NCBI GenBank assembly: GCA_963806185.1
Contig: CAWDXE010000005.1
Coordinates: 192,001 to 256,000, forward strand
DNA from: an uncultured candidate division Zixibacteria bacterium
GTDB lineage: Bacteria; Zixibacteria; MSB-5A5; GN15; FEB-12
Length of the DNA stretch: 64,000 nt
Direction: 5' to 3'
The notes under the pieces were generated by a model, which saw only the letters and a program-made list of their open reading frames with translations, was not told where the DNA came from and ran no database searches. Positions 20,075-29,943 of the stretch are shown here, in pieces (the stretch's first letter is position 1; each line of letters starts with the position of its first letter). The translations under genes and the position numbers were made by a program.

Positions 20075-22096
20075 ATGAGTATCACGGTGACATTTCGAAA
20101 TTTTGCACTTATGGCGATTGTCTGGGTTTGCCAGCTCGGCGCGGCCACGGCCGGCCCGGTGGCGTCTTACGACATGAACGTAAGGATAACCCCGGACAAG
20201 TCAGCGCTCACGTGTGACGGAACTGTCTCGTTCGAACTGGCTCCCTATTCAACGGACTCGATAGAAATCCTGTTGAACAAGGTGATGCATGGCCTGACTT
20301 TACAGATCGTGAAGCCGGCAGCAATCGCGGGAAAAGCGAATATACGTGTTGAGGAACACGAAAACGGGCAGACATCGTACTTCGTGCACTTCCCCAGTCG
20401 CCGGCCCGAGGGAGAAACTCTCACTCTCCGCTTCCAGTACCATGCCGGCGAATTCGTCGGCCGTCAGTACTATTTCGACAGCACCTTCTTCTTTGGGGGC
20501 GGCGTGGCGACTGCCTGGTACCCGCAACCGATCGAGGTTATCGGTGCGAGCGAGGGGCAACTGATGGACGGCCGGGGTACAGTGAGGGTTACCCTTCCCC
20601 ACCCATATGTCGCCGTTATGGCCGGCGCAAAAAACGAACTGCGGACCAAAAACCACACCAACATCTGTACATTCTCGATCGTTGAACCGTCGGTCTTCAC
20701 CCTGTTTGCCGGGGAATACCACTCGAGCACACAGTCAGACAAGACGACAGTTTCGGCATATTTTCTGGCTGAGCACCATGATATCAACGAGTACCTGCGG
20801 GGATGCCTGGACATCCTCTCATTTTTGTCCGGCGAATTCGGCGCGTATCCGTATGCGGATTTCTCGCTGATTGAATTCCCGACATACGTATCCGAAAAAC
20901 TCGGTATCGGCGGCGGCAGTGTGGTCGGTGGTATTATGATGCCCACCAACTCGCTGGACAACAAATTCAATCTCGCCTTGTTCGGGCACGAATTGGCGCA
21001 TCAATGGTGGGGCAACCTGGTGAGAAATTCGGGGGCGCGCGGCAACGGGATGCTCGACGAAGCGATGGCGCAGTACGGTTCGCTGCTCGTAGTCGAGCAG
21101 CTCGACGGATCGGTCGGTGCAGAAGCCTATCGGCGGAAAGGGTATCCGGGGTATATCCCGAGCCAGTCAGGGTTCGGCTACCTGCGTGTGGCAGCATCGG
21201 GAAAAGACGAACAACTATCTCACCTGAGCGCTCCGTCGATTCATGTGATTGATGACAGTAAGGGATTCCTCGTTTACAACGTGCTCAGGAACACGCTCAG
21301 CAAAGACACTATGAAGGATATCCTTCGGAATATTGTGGCGAGGCATGCCCGCGGCTACATCACCTGGCAGGAGTTTCTCGATGAAACAGCGGCGGGGGCA
21401 AAGCTGGATCTTCGCTGGTTCTACGACCAGTGGTTCGACCGGACCGGCGCTCCGGAATGGCAGTTCACCTGGCGACAGGATGGCGATACGCTGCGGGTCA
21501 GGGTCAGTCAAGTCGGTGCTGTCTACCGCCTCTCGCTGGAGATGGAGCTGAAAGGAAGGGCCGGGCAGTTGCTCATCGACCGCATTGAGGTGACTGATTC
21601 GGTTCAGGAATTCGCGATCAAGGTTTCGTTTCCGGTTAGTTCGGTGACGCTCGATCCTCATTATCAGGTACCGCATTGGGAGGAAGATTACAAAGAGGAA
21701 GCCTTCGCTCTGGTAACGCCGACCAGGATGACTGAATTGCGGCTTTCCGGGAAGCTCGCCGAGGCGAAAGCGTTGTATGAGCAGTCGATTCCAAACTTCC
21801 CTGAGCCGGACAAGTACGGGGTGCGGTTTCTCATGGAATACGAAATCGGCCGCGTGCTGATGATCGAAGGGAATCCGAAAGAAGCGCTGCCACATTTCCT
21901 GGAGGCGGTGCGGGCGCCCTCACGACGTGACGAATTGTTGGCCTGGGCGTACCTACGCGTGGCGCAAATGGCTGCACTGGTACATGATACAGAAACTCAG
22001 GTCTGGGGTGCGAATGCTGCTATTAGCGCCGATGCCATGCTCGGCGGCAATACCGGAGCCCGGGAGATCGCACAGGCGCTGTTGACACAGGAGTGA
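20075..22096 (+). CDS. Secreted M1-family zinc metallopeptidase with C-terminal TPR
   Basis: HELAHQWWG...LDEAMAQY (HExxH plus downstream E); WFYDQWFD; signal peptide; start may instead be 20039. Confidence 0.85.
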   Translation: MSITVTFRNFALMAIVWVCQLGAATAGPVASYDMNVRITPDKSALTCDGTVSFELAPYSTDSIEILLNKVMHGLTLQIVKPAAIAGKANIRVEEHENGQTSYFVHFPSRRPEGETLTLRFQYHAGEFVGRQYYFDSTFFFGGGVATAWYPQPIEVIGASEGQLMDGRGTVRVTLPHPYVAVMAGAKNELRTKNHTNICTFSIVEPSVFTLFAGEYHSSTQSDKTTVSAYFLAEHHDINEYLRGCLDILSFLSGEFGAYPYADFSLIEFPTYVSEKLGIGGGSVVGGIMMPTNSLDNKFNLALFGHELAHQWWGNLVRNSGARGNGMLDEAMAQYGSLLVVEQLDGSVGAEAYRRKGYPGYIPSQSGFGYLRVAASGKDEQLSHLSAPSIHVIDDSKGFLVYNVLRNTLSKDTMKDILRNIVARHARGYITWQEFLDETAAGAKLDLRWFYDQWFDRTGAPEWQFTWRQDGDTLRVRVSQVGAVYRLSLEMELKGRAGQLLIDRIEVTDSVQEFAIKVSFPVSSVTLDPHYQVPHWEEDYKEEAFALVTPTRMTELRLSGKLAEAKALYEQSIPNFPEPDKYGVRFLMEYEIGRVLMIEGNPKEALPHFLEAVRAPSRRDELLAWAYLRVAQMAALVHDTETQVWGANAAISADAMLGGNTGAREIAQALLTQE

Positions 22097-22220
22097 AATG
22101 ACAGTGGGACACACTGTAGTCAGCCGCCGAATCATCTTGGGGCGTTGCGAACGTCGACATCATAACATATCTTGCCGATAGCAATGTGTCCGGACGGATC
22201 CGGACGCACTAACCGGGATA

Positions 22221-25070
22221 TTGTCAATCGTGCCATTCGACGACCAAAATGACAACACCCGATCATACGTTCAACTTGCACACGATAGCGTAATCGGGCA
22301 CTACCGGATCATCGAGCGAATCGGCGCCGGCGGGATGGGTGAGGTATATCGGGCCCATGACGAGCTTCTTGACCGACCAGTGGCGATCAAGTTCCTGTCG
22401 GCTCAACGATGCCTGAGTGGGGACTACCGCCGACGTTTCCTGCGGGAGGCACGGGCCGCCGCTCGGCTTCACCATCCCAACATTGTCATGACGCTCGACC
22501 TGGGCGAGAACCAGGGGATTCCCTACATAGTTTTTGAGTATCTCAATCCCCGGACGCTTCGTCAGCGGTTGAATGAGTCTACGCCGGATATTGAAGAAAT
22601 ATTGAGGATTTCGATCGGGCTGGTCGACGCCATCGGCGCGGCGCATCGCCACGGGGTCATTCATCGCGATATCAAACCTTCCAATATCCTGCTCGACGAG
22701 AGCGGCAATCCGAAACTCGTCGATTTTGGCCTGGCCATACTCTCCACCGTCGATTCCGACACGCGCACAGCAGGAATTGTTGGAACGCTGGGTTACATGT
22801 CGCCGGAGCAGGCTCGCGGAGAAGAGATTGACGAGCGCAGTGATTTGTTCTCTCTCGGTGTGGTCATTTACGAGATGATCACGGGAATGAATCCATTTCG
22901 CAGAGACTCCGAGGTCTCCAGCCTTCACGCGCTTATCAATGAAGAACCCGGATCGATCCGCAGGCATCGCGGCGACGTTCCGACTCGCTTGGACGATATT
23001 GTGATGGCCTTATTGCAGAAGGATGCGTCGAGCCGTTACCAATGTGCTGAACACCTTCGCGATGATCTCGTTGCCTGCCGTCAGCCGGCCAGCCTTGACG
23101 GGCCGTTGCGTACCGGGCCGTGTGTGGCCGAGAATCGTCTGGCGGTCATGCCCTTTGATAATCTCGCCTCTGAAGATACAGCGAGTCGCGTCGGCGAGAT
23201 GATCGCCCATCTGTTAATCACCGGCTTATCCGATATCCGAGGCGTCAGCGTGGTGTCAGGCCAGCGCCTGTACGACCTGCTGTCGCTGGAGGGACGACAG
23301 GAGACTCGAAAAATCGATCGATCGATGGCGACGCGCCTGGCCCGCCGGGCGGAAGCTCGCTGGATGTTACTTGGATCAATCTTCAGCCAGACGCCGTTAG
23401 TCTTGACCACACAGCTTGTCGACATTAACAGCGGCCTCCTGGTGAAGGGGCACCGTTTTGCTCTTGCCGCCGAGGCTACCATATTTGACGCCGCCGATCA
23501 GGTGCTGGCCAGGCTGCAAACGGACCTTAGCGATCGCGGCGGTGGACAGATGGGCGGGCCGGTGCCAATCACGAGTCTTACCACCCATTCCGCTGATGCG
23601 TTGCGTCATTACCTGCTGGGCTTCGAGTGGCAAGCACGATGGAATGAAGAAGGAGCCAGGGAGGAATACGAACAGGCGGTAGCGTGCGATCCGACGTTCG
23701 CCATGGCCTATTATGGCCTGGCGACTATCCCCGTGCCGAACCGGATGGCCTTGATCGAGAAAGCGGAGTCTCTGGCGGAACGAGCTACATATCGGGAGCG
23801 GTGTTACATCAGAGCCATGCGGTTGCGCCTTCAGGGGGACCGTCAGGCTTCGATGGCGGTACTCAAGGAACTTCTCGAACGGCACAGTGATGAAAAGCTG
23901 GCCTATCATTGGATTGGCGTTCACCATCACTTCCTGGGCAATTTCGAGGAGGCAATCAAGTATCTTCGCAAAGCCATTGAACTGGATCCGTTGTATTTCC
24001 CGGCCTATAACCAGCTCGTGTACACGCTCAATCGCGCCGGTCAGTTTGAAGAATCCATGATTGTCGCCAACCAGTATATCCAGCTTTCTCCCGATGAACC
24101 CAATCCCTACGACTCGCGCGCGGAGGTGCTCGGCTTTAACGGGCGACTGGAAGCTGCTCTCGCTTCTTATCGTGAGGCACTTGCCCGCACGCCGCTTCTC
24201 CCCCCCAGTCTCATGCGAGCCGGCGTGCTCTATGTTCTGAAGCAGGATTACGATTCGGCCAGGGAGCTTTTCGATCGACTGCCGGCGCTGGTTTCGAGAT
24301 CCCCGTGGATTGACCCGCATGTCTACTACGTGACCATTCCTCTGCGACAAGGCAAGTGGCGCAAGGCGCTGGCGTATCTCGACTGTGGGATTGCAGAAGA
24401 TCTGCCGCACGAGGTGCGCCGGTTGCACGTAGCGTATAAACGCGAACTCAAAGCCATCACATATCTGGAAATGGGCCTGAACGCGGATGCGTTGCGGGAA
24501 ATGGACATGGCTATGCCTTCCTTCGGAACGCAGATATGGTATTACTCCGGCATGCATATGCACATCCTTCATGCTTGGCTATTGGCAAGGAATGGACACA
24601 TATCGGAGGCTCTGAAGAAGGTCGAAAGCGAGGTCGGGCACAGCGACGCGATTGAGCCGGTGCTTCGCATGCGGTATCTGCTGACCCGGGGGCTGGTATA
24701 CTATGAGGCGGGAGATCTTGATCGTGCGGTCGCGCTATTGGAAGAGGCTGACGAGACTAAACCGCGATGGCTCTCGACGGAGCACTTTGTTCTCCAGGGC
24801 ATGTTGGCGCGATCCAACCTGCGTCTCGGCAGGCTGGATCGCGCAGTTGAACTCTTCGAGTCTTCGATGCACGTCTTCGCCGAATCCAGAGCCTGGCTCA
24901 TGCTGTTGGACGTCAAGAATCACTATTATCTCGGATTGGCATATGAACAGTCTGGCTGGGCGACGAAAGCAGCAGAGCAATATCGGACGTTTCTGGAAAC
25001 GTGGAAGGACGCCGAGGACGGATTCCCGGAGATTGAAGACGCAAAGGTACGGCTGGCAAAGCTGCCGTAA
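22221..25070 (+). CDS. Ser/Thr protein kinase with TolB-like domain and TPR repeats
   Basis: IGAGGMGEVY, VAIK, HRDIKPSN, DFGLA, GTLGYMSPEQ; LAVMPFDN; DPTFAMAYYGLA and further TPRs. Confidence 0.92.
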   Translation: MSIVPFDDQNDNTRSYVQLAHDSVIGHYRIIERIGAGGMGEVYRAHDELLDRPVAIKFLSAQRCLSGDYRRRFLREARAAARLHHPNIVMTLDLGENQGIPYIVFEYLNPRTLRQRLNESTPDIEEILRISIGLVDAIGAAHRHGVIHRDIKPSNILLDESGNPKLVDFGLAILSTVDSDTRTAGIVGTLGYMSPEQARGEEIDERSDLFSLGVVIYEMITGMNPFRRDSEVSSLHALINEEPGSIRRHRGDVPTRLDDIVMALLQKDASSRYQCAEHLRDDLVACRQPASLDGPLRTGPCVAENRLAVMPFDNLASEDTASRVGEMIAHLLITGLSDIRGVSVVSGQRLYDLLSLEGRQETRKIDRSMATRLARRAEARWMLLGSIFSQTPLVLTTQLVDINSGLLVKGHRFALAAEATIFDAADQVLARLQTDLSDRGGGQMGGPVPITSLTTHSADALRHYLLGFEWQARWNEEGAREEYEQAVACDPTFAMAYYGLATIPVPNRMALIEKAESLAERATYRERCYIRAMRLRLQGDRQASMAVLKELLERHSDEKLAYHWIGVHHHFLGNFEEAIKYLRKAIELDPLYFPAYNQLVYTLNRAGQFEESMIVANQYIQLSPDEPNPYDSRAEVLGFNGRLEAALASYREALARTPLLPPSLMRAGVLYVLKQDYDSARELFDRLPALVSRSPWIDPHVYYVTIPLRQGKWRKALAYLDCGIAEDLPHEVRRLHVAYKRELKAITYLEMGLNADALREMDMAMPSFGTQIWYYSGMHMHILHAWLLARNGHISEALKKVESEVGHSDAIEPVLRMRYLLTRGLVYYEAGDLDRAVALLEEADETKPRWLSTEHFVLQGMLARSNLRLGRLDRAVELFESSMHVFAESRAWLMLLDVKNHYYLGLAYEQSGWATKAAEQYRTFLETWKDAEDGFPEIEDAKVRLAKLP

Positions 25071-25440
25071 AGTTCATCGCGCGGCGGCGCTTCAACCCAA
25101 CCGCTTTGCCGGTCACAAAGTCCTTCCCCCGGCTTCGATTTGCGATCTACATTGCCTTGCCCCGAATTTACGCTCATGCGTTCACTCAGTTCATTCACAC
25201 ACTAATCCGTCAAGTATTGTGCGACGAATCAGGTGGAACGCCATCCTGATTGCTACTCGGCGCATGGCCGGAGCCAGACAGAACTTGTTCGGCGCCAGAT
25301 TCGGGCGTATAATCAGATGCAATGCATGCCCGTAATGGTCCATGCTAACCGGAGTACCCGGGAAATCAAAAGAAGGCCTGCCCAGAGATGAACTTCAGGA
25401 GCCTTCTTCGAGCTGACCGGTGATATAAGGAGATTTTGTT

Positions 25441-26151
25441 ATGAGGAATGTAAGCCATTTTTGTCGGTCACTGTGCGTGCTGACCTGTTTCTTCGCGACC
25501 GTGCTGGCAGCCGCAGCCGGTTTCGCACAGGAAACCACTAAATCAATGCTGACTGACCCGCGCATGGTGGTGATCCCGTCCCGCACACAAGCTGAGATCG
25601 GCAGCGATATCGATAACGCTACAGCCGCCAAACAACTTGCGCTGGATCGCAAGTCACAATCTGAGCTTCGACTCAAACAGATTGAAAGCACTATTGAGTC
25701 GAAGAAGCTGGCCCTCAAAGACGTCAATCGTCGAAAGGATGAAGCCAAGAAGTCCAAGAACGAATCCGGGATAATCGCCGCGCAGATCGAGACCAAGGCC
25801 AATGAACAGGCCGTCGATCTGTTGAATAAACTCAAGGATCTTCGCAAAGCCGAGATCGAGGCCGCCCAGGTCGAAACCGAGCAAGCCGAGATAGACATAA
25901 GTGTTTTGCAGATGGAACGTGAACTGCTGCTCAAGCGAGTGGCCTATGATTCGCTCTCGGCCTCGGGCGTTGACAACCTGACGCTCACCACCGCGCAACA
26001 AGTTCTCAGAGAGCTCGAGGTTCGGCTATTGAAACTGCAGCAGGACCAGGCGAGTCAGACCCAGAAACTGGCGTCGAAGCAGAAAGATATCATTTCGCGG
26101 CGGATGAAACTTCACGAAGCCCAGCTCAAGATGGGCATGCCAAGAGCATAG
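25441..26151 (+). CDS. Secreted coiled-coil protein of unknown function
   Basis: SD AGGAG; signal peptide ending GFA-Q; continuous heptad-like K/E/Q/L-rich sequence. Confidence 0.7.
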   Translation: MRNVSHFCRSLCVLTCFFATVLAAAAGFAQETTKSMLTDPRMVVIPSRTQAEIGSDIDNATAAKQLALDRKSQSELRLKQIESTIESKKLALKDVNRRKDEAKKSKNESGIIAAQIETKANEQAVDLLNKLKDLRKAEIEAAQVETEQAEIDISVLQMERELLLKRVAYDSLSASGVDNLTLTTAQQVLRELEVRLLKLQQDQASQTQKLASKQKDIISRRMKLHEAQLKMGMPRA

Positions 26152-26177
26152 CCGCCACAAGTTTGCCGCAATAACAC

Positions 26178-26208
26178 AAAACCAGCAGGGAACTTCCTTG
26201 CTGGTTTT
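26178..26208. terminator. Bidirectional terminator between convergent genes
   Basis: AAAACCAGCAGGGA-ACT-TCCTTGCTGGTTTT. Confidence 0.8.
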
Positions 26209-26254
26209 CATTGAGTTCTACGCTTTGGAGCACGTTTGATTTCGCGGATCGGCG

Positions 26255-26554
26255 TCAGGGAGTCTTTTTCATCGCCTGACGAATCAACCCGATAATTGCC
26301 ATCAACACACCTCCGCCCACACCACCGCCGGCAACACTGGAAATGAGGGAACTCATTTCAAAGCTGCCGCCACCGGCTCCACCGGCTGCACCCGCTCCAA
26401 GCATCCCGAGTAACTGGCCGCCCAACCCTCCGCCGATGATACCAGCAATGGAATTGCCGATCGGCCCAAGACTGAGTTTCTTCATGACTGACCCTGCGGC
26501 GTTGCCGCCTGCCGCACCGGCAACCAATTGAATAATTAAACTAGTAATATCCAT
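26255..26554 (-). CDS. Small glycine-rich membrane protein
   Basis: SD GGAGG; MDITSLIIQLVAGAAGGNAAG...GIIGGGLGGQLL glycine-zipper pattern. Confidence 0.75.
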   Translation of the reverse strand: MDITSLIIQLVAGAAGGNAAGSVMKKLSLGPIGNSIAGIIGGGLGGQLLGMLGAGAAGGAGGGSFEMSSLISSVAGGGVGGGVLMAIIGLIRQAMKKTP

Positions 26555-26721
26555 AAGACCTCCATGGTTGAATCTGGCGTTTCGTGATTCTCATCAACTA
26601 CCAGAAAGCGATTTCGTTTCGCCCCCGCAATCCAAGTTACATCGTGCACAAACTGGGGCCGCGTATCAGTTGTTCGCGCGGCAAGCCCAGACCCTTCCCC
26701 GGCCGGTCTGCCCCGCGGACC

Positions 26722-26973
26722 TCACCGCAGCAGGCGTATCACAACAAGCAACACCACGGCACCGATCACCGACATCAGCAGTCCTGTGCGGTGGAACTTC
26801 TCGCCCGGCACGGGGGTTTTGACGCGACCGCCGATATAGCCGCCAATAACCGAACCGATGATGCCAACGGCGGTTGTAGCCAGAAATCCCATGTGATCGG
26901 CTCCGGGCAAAACAGCCCGGGCGATGAGACCGGCGAAGAAACCAATGACAATCCACCAGAGGAGATTCATCAT
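26722..26973 (-). CDS. GlsB/YeaQ/YmgE (transglycosylase-associated) membrane protein
   Basis: SD AAGGAG; WIVIGFFAGLIARAVLPG...GIIGSVIGG...SVIGAVVLL. Confidence 0.85.
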   Translation of the reverse strand: MMNLLWWIVIGFFAGLIARAVLPGADHMGFLATTAVGIIGSVIGGYIGGRVKTPVPGEKFHRTGLLMSVIGAVVLLVVIRLLR

Positions 26974-27539
26974 GACACACTCCTTTCCCTATATCGAGAG
27001 TTCACACACGCTCTTCAGCCACATCCGCGGAAGGCGAGACGAATGCCTCGTAGTGGGTCCTTACACCGCCGGGCGACAGGGAAACTCAATCGCATACACC
27101 GCCGCGCCGCGGTCCCGCCCGGGCGTACGCGAGCATTTATTCGCAGCACCGGCAAATACCTGCGCCTGCTTACCGAACAGACCTGAACTGACATATGATT
27201 GCATGCGTGTTGCACCTACTACCTCTGTCAACCGCACACGAGCGTGTGACTCTCGTGCAATTACGGTTCAACTGAGAAATCGGTCGCGATGATAGTTAAG
27301 TGTAGCGAACTGTTTACCTGAGGGCAAGGTTTTTTCTGGGATCTTGTCGCGGTCGATTCGCCCTATGCCGCGTTACAATCACCGACTTCCCCGTCACGGC
27401 GGACCTGCAACAAAACGTTGTTTCCGATGACCACGCATCGTACCTTTTGCGAATCGGCAAACGCACGTTGCGCCGTTGCGGAAGTGTCCTTCGCAAGAAG
27501 ATGACATGACGGTGAGTGCTGCCGGGAGAGGAGATACCC

Positions 27540-29150
27540 ATGAGGCCGCCAACGATACTGTCACTCGGCACGTTCGTCGCCGTCTGCCTGCTCATTTCCG
27601 CTGCGTTTCCGTGCACCAGCCTGCTGGTCACCAAAGGAGCTTCTTCAAATGGTTCGGTGATGATCACCTATACCTGCGACGGTGAATTCCACCCCCATCT
27701 CCGCTGCGATCCGCCCGCCGACTACAAGACAGGCGATTCGCTGGCCATTACCGATTGGGGAGACAGGGTGCGGGGTTATGTGAAGCAGGTTGCTCACACC
27801 TACAACGTGGTCGGTTACATTAATGAACATCAGGTCGCGATCGGCGAGACTACTTTTGGCGGCCGCGAAGAATTGGAGGACACCACCGGTCTGCTTGAGT
27901 ATTGGGATATGATGCATCTTGCGCTGCAGAGAGCCAAAACCGCCCGCGAAGCTATACAAGTAATGACCGATCTGGTGGCGCAATACGGGTACCGTTCGAC
28001 CGGTGAATCGTTTTCCATTGCCGATCCGACAGAGGCCTGGTATATGGAAATGATTGGGCGCGGTCCGGGCGGCCACGGTGCCGTCTGGGTGGCGGTGAGA
28101 ATTCCCGATGGATCAATCTCCTGTCATGCCAACAAGGCGCGCATCGGTGAATTTCCATTGAGCGACTCGAAAAACTGCATCTACTCAAAGGATGTCATTT
28201 CGTTTGCGACCGCCAAAGGGTACTATGATCCAAAATCGGGTCAGCCGTTCCGTTTCTGCGACGCGTACTGTCCCGCCACACCGAGAAACCTGCGCTACGC
28301 CGAAACCCGAGTCTGGAGTATTTTTCGCCGGGCGGCGCCGTCGCAGGAATTCTCTCCTGACTATCACCGGGCCGTGCCCGGTGCCAAGCCGTATCCGCTC
28401 TGGATAACGCCGGATACGAAGCTTTCGGTGGCCGACGTATTCAATTTGATGCGCGACCACTACGAAGGCACGCCGTACGACATGACCAAAGGAATCGACG
28501 CCGGCCCGTACGGGGCGCCTGATCACGTTCGACCGGTTACCTGGACGCTTGATAGCGCTACCTACAGCTGGGAACGGCCGATTTCGACTCAACAGACCGG
28601 GTTTTCTTTTGTAACGCAATCGCGCGCCGCTCTCCCCAACGCAATCGGCGGCATCATGTGGTACGGCTTGGATAACACTTACAGCTCCTGCTATGTCCCA
28701 ATGTACTGCGGGAATACCTCCGTGCCCCATTCGTATACAGTCGGTCGACTCGATACTTTTTCGTGGGAGTCGGCCTGGTGGGTGTTCAACTTCGTGGCCA
28801 ATTTCGCCAACCTGAAATACTCGTCGATGATGCCGGAGATTAAGGCGGTGCAAAGCGAGCTGGAGGGCGATTTCCTGAAAGATCAACCGGCTATCGAGAA
28901 AGCGGCGCTCACACTGGCGATGTCTGATACCGCGCTGGCAATCAAGTATCTGACCGAATATTCAGTGAGTAATGCCGACAAGGTTGTCGCACGCTGGAAA
29001 GCGCTGGGCGAACACTTTATCGCCAAGTACAATGACGGATACATTCAGGACGATGAAGGCGAGCCGCAGGAGAAAGGATATCCCGAGGACTGGCTGCGCG
29101 AGGTGACCAAAGCGCGCCCGGAGCAGTTTAGATTGCCGAAAGGTGATTGA
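27540..29150 (+). CDS. C69-family dipeptidase (Ntn hydrolase)
   Basis: SD GAGGAG; signal peptide then CTSLLV (N-terminal Cys nucleophile); INEHQVAIGETTFGG, GESFSIAD, RDHYEG, ERPIS. Confidence 0.9.
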   Translation: MRPPTILSLGTFVAVCLLISAAFPCTSLLVTKGASSNGSVMITYTCDGEFHPHLRCDPPADYKTGDSLAITDWGDRVRGYVKQVAHTYNVVGYINEHQVAIGETTFGGREELEDTTGLLEYWDMMHLALQRAKTAREAIQVMTDLVAQYGYRSTGESFSIADPTEAWYMEMIGRGPGGHGAVWVAVRIPDGSISCHANKARIGEFPLSDSKNCIYSKDVISFATAKGYYDPKSGQPFRFCDAYCPATPRNLRYAETRVWSIFRRAAPSQEFSPDYHRAVPGAKPYPLWITPDTKLSVADVFNLMRDHYEGTPYDMTKGIDAGPYGAPDHVRPVTWTLDSATYSWERPISTQQTGFSFVTQSRAALPNAIGGIMWYGLDNTYSSCYVPMYCGNTSVPHSYTVGRLDTFSWESAWWVFNFVANFANLKYSSMMPEIKAVQSELEGDFLKDQPAIEKAALTLAMSDTALAIKYLTEYSVSNADKVVARWKALGEHFIAKYNDGYIQDDEGEPQEKGYPEDWLREVTKARPEQFRLPKGD

Positions 29151-29289
29151 AGTTCGTCCGAATCATCGCAGCATATAAGAACCGGCCGGCTGGCACTCTC
29201 GCCAACCGGCCGATCACATTACATGGCAATTTGATCAATCCCCCAATCCCTGAAGCTGCTCTGCGGCGCGCGTCCTCACCGCGACGCAG

Positions 29290-29661
29290 CTACTTTGCCG
29301 CTGTGGCCTTGCGTCGTTCGATCAGGTCGAGTACCAGCGCTCGAAATTCCTGCAGGCGGCAGTTTACCTTGCACTGGCGGAGTTCATCGATCCGGGCGCA
29401 GTAGCCGGAGCATTCGGGCTGGCGATGGTGGGATGGCGGCCTCTCAGACTCCGGCAGATGGGCCTCGATGTCACTGCTCGGGATGACAAACGACGAGCGG
29501 CATTTCGGCTCAAGGTGCGTAAAATGCAGGTAACATCGGTTGAAATCCTCGGGATCGATGGCCAGACCGTCCGGTTCGATTTCGAGACTGTAAAATATAT
29601 CGTCCAGGGTGAACGATTTCCCGCACCCCGGACAAAGCTTGATAGCAGTATTCTCCGCCAA
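29290..29661 (-). CDS. Small Cys/His-rich putative metal-binding protein
   Basis: TTG start after GGGGG; CPGCGK, HFTHLEPKC, HHRQPECSGYC, CKVNC. Confidence 0.6.
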   Translation of the reverse strand: MAENTAIKLCPGCGKSFTLDDIFYSLEIEPDGLAIDPEDFNRCYLHFTHLEPKCRSSFVIPSSDIEAHLPESERPPSHHRQPECSGYCARIDELRQCKVNCRLQEFRALVLDLIERRKATAAK

Positions 29662-29881
29662 TATACCCCCGTTGAACTAAGCCACGGATTATGCTCGAAT
29701 TATCGGCACTGAACGACCGATCATCGAGGTAAATCTGATCGAAATTGTATTCATTCCCCTCGAGGCCAATTCCCTATCTTCAAACTGCCTGCCCGGCAGG
29801 CCTCACCTGCGTTCCGCGGAGCAGGAGGCAGCCCGGCCCGTGATCCCAGTCTAATTTGTCACGCGAAGGCCGGGATAGCTA

Positions 29882-29911
29882 TTGACGTTACGGGTCGACC
29901 TGTTTCATATT
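29882..29911 (+). promoter_or_regulatory. Putative sigma70 promoter of the LRR lipoprotein
   Basis: TTGACG-N18-CATATT. Confidence 0.45.
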
Positions 29912-29943
29912 GGTATGTCGCATCCACGTTCAAGGAGAATCAT

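Noticed and set aside
26974..27539. Long intergenic region with short ORFs
   Set aside because: No recognisable motif, tRNA fold, repeat or convincing SD-led ORF
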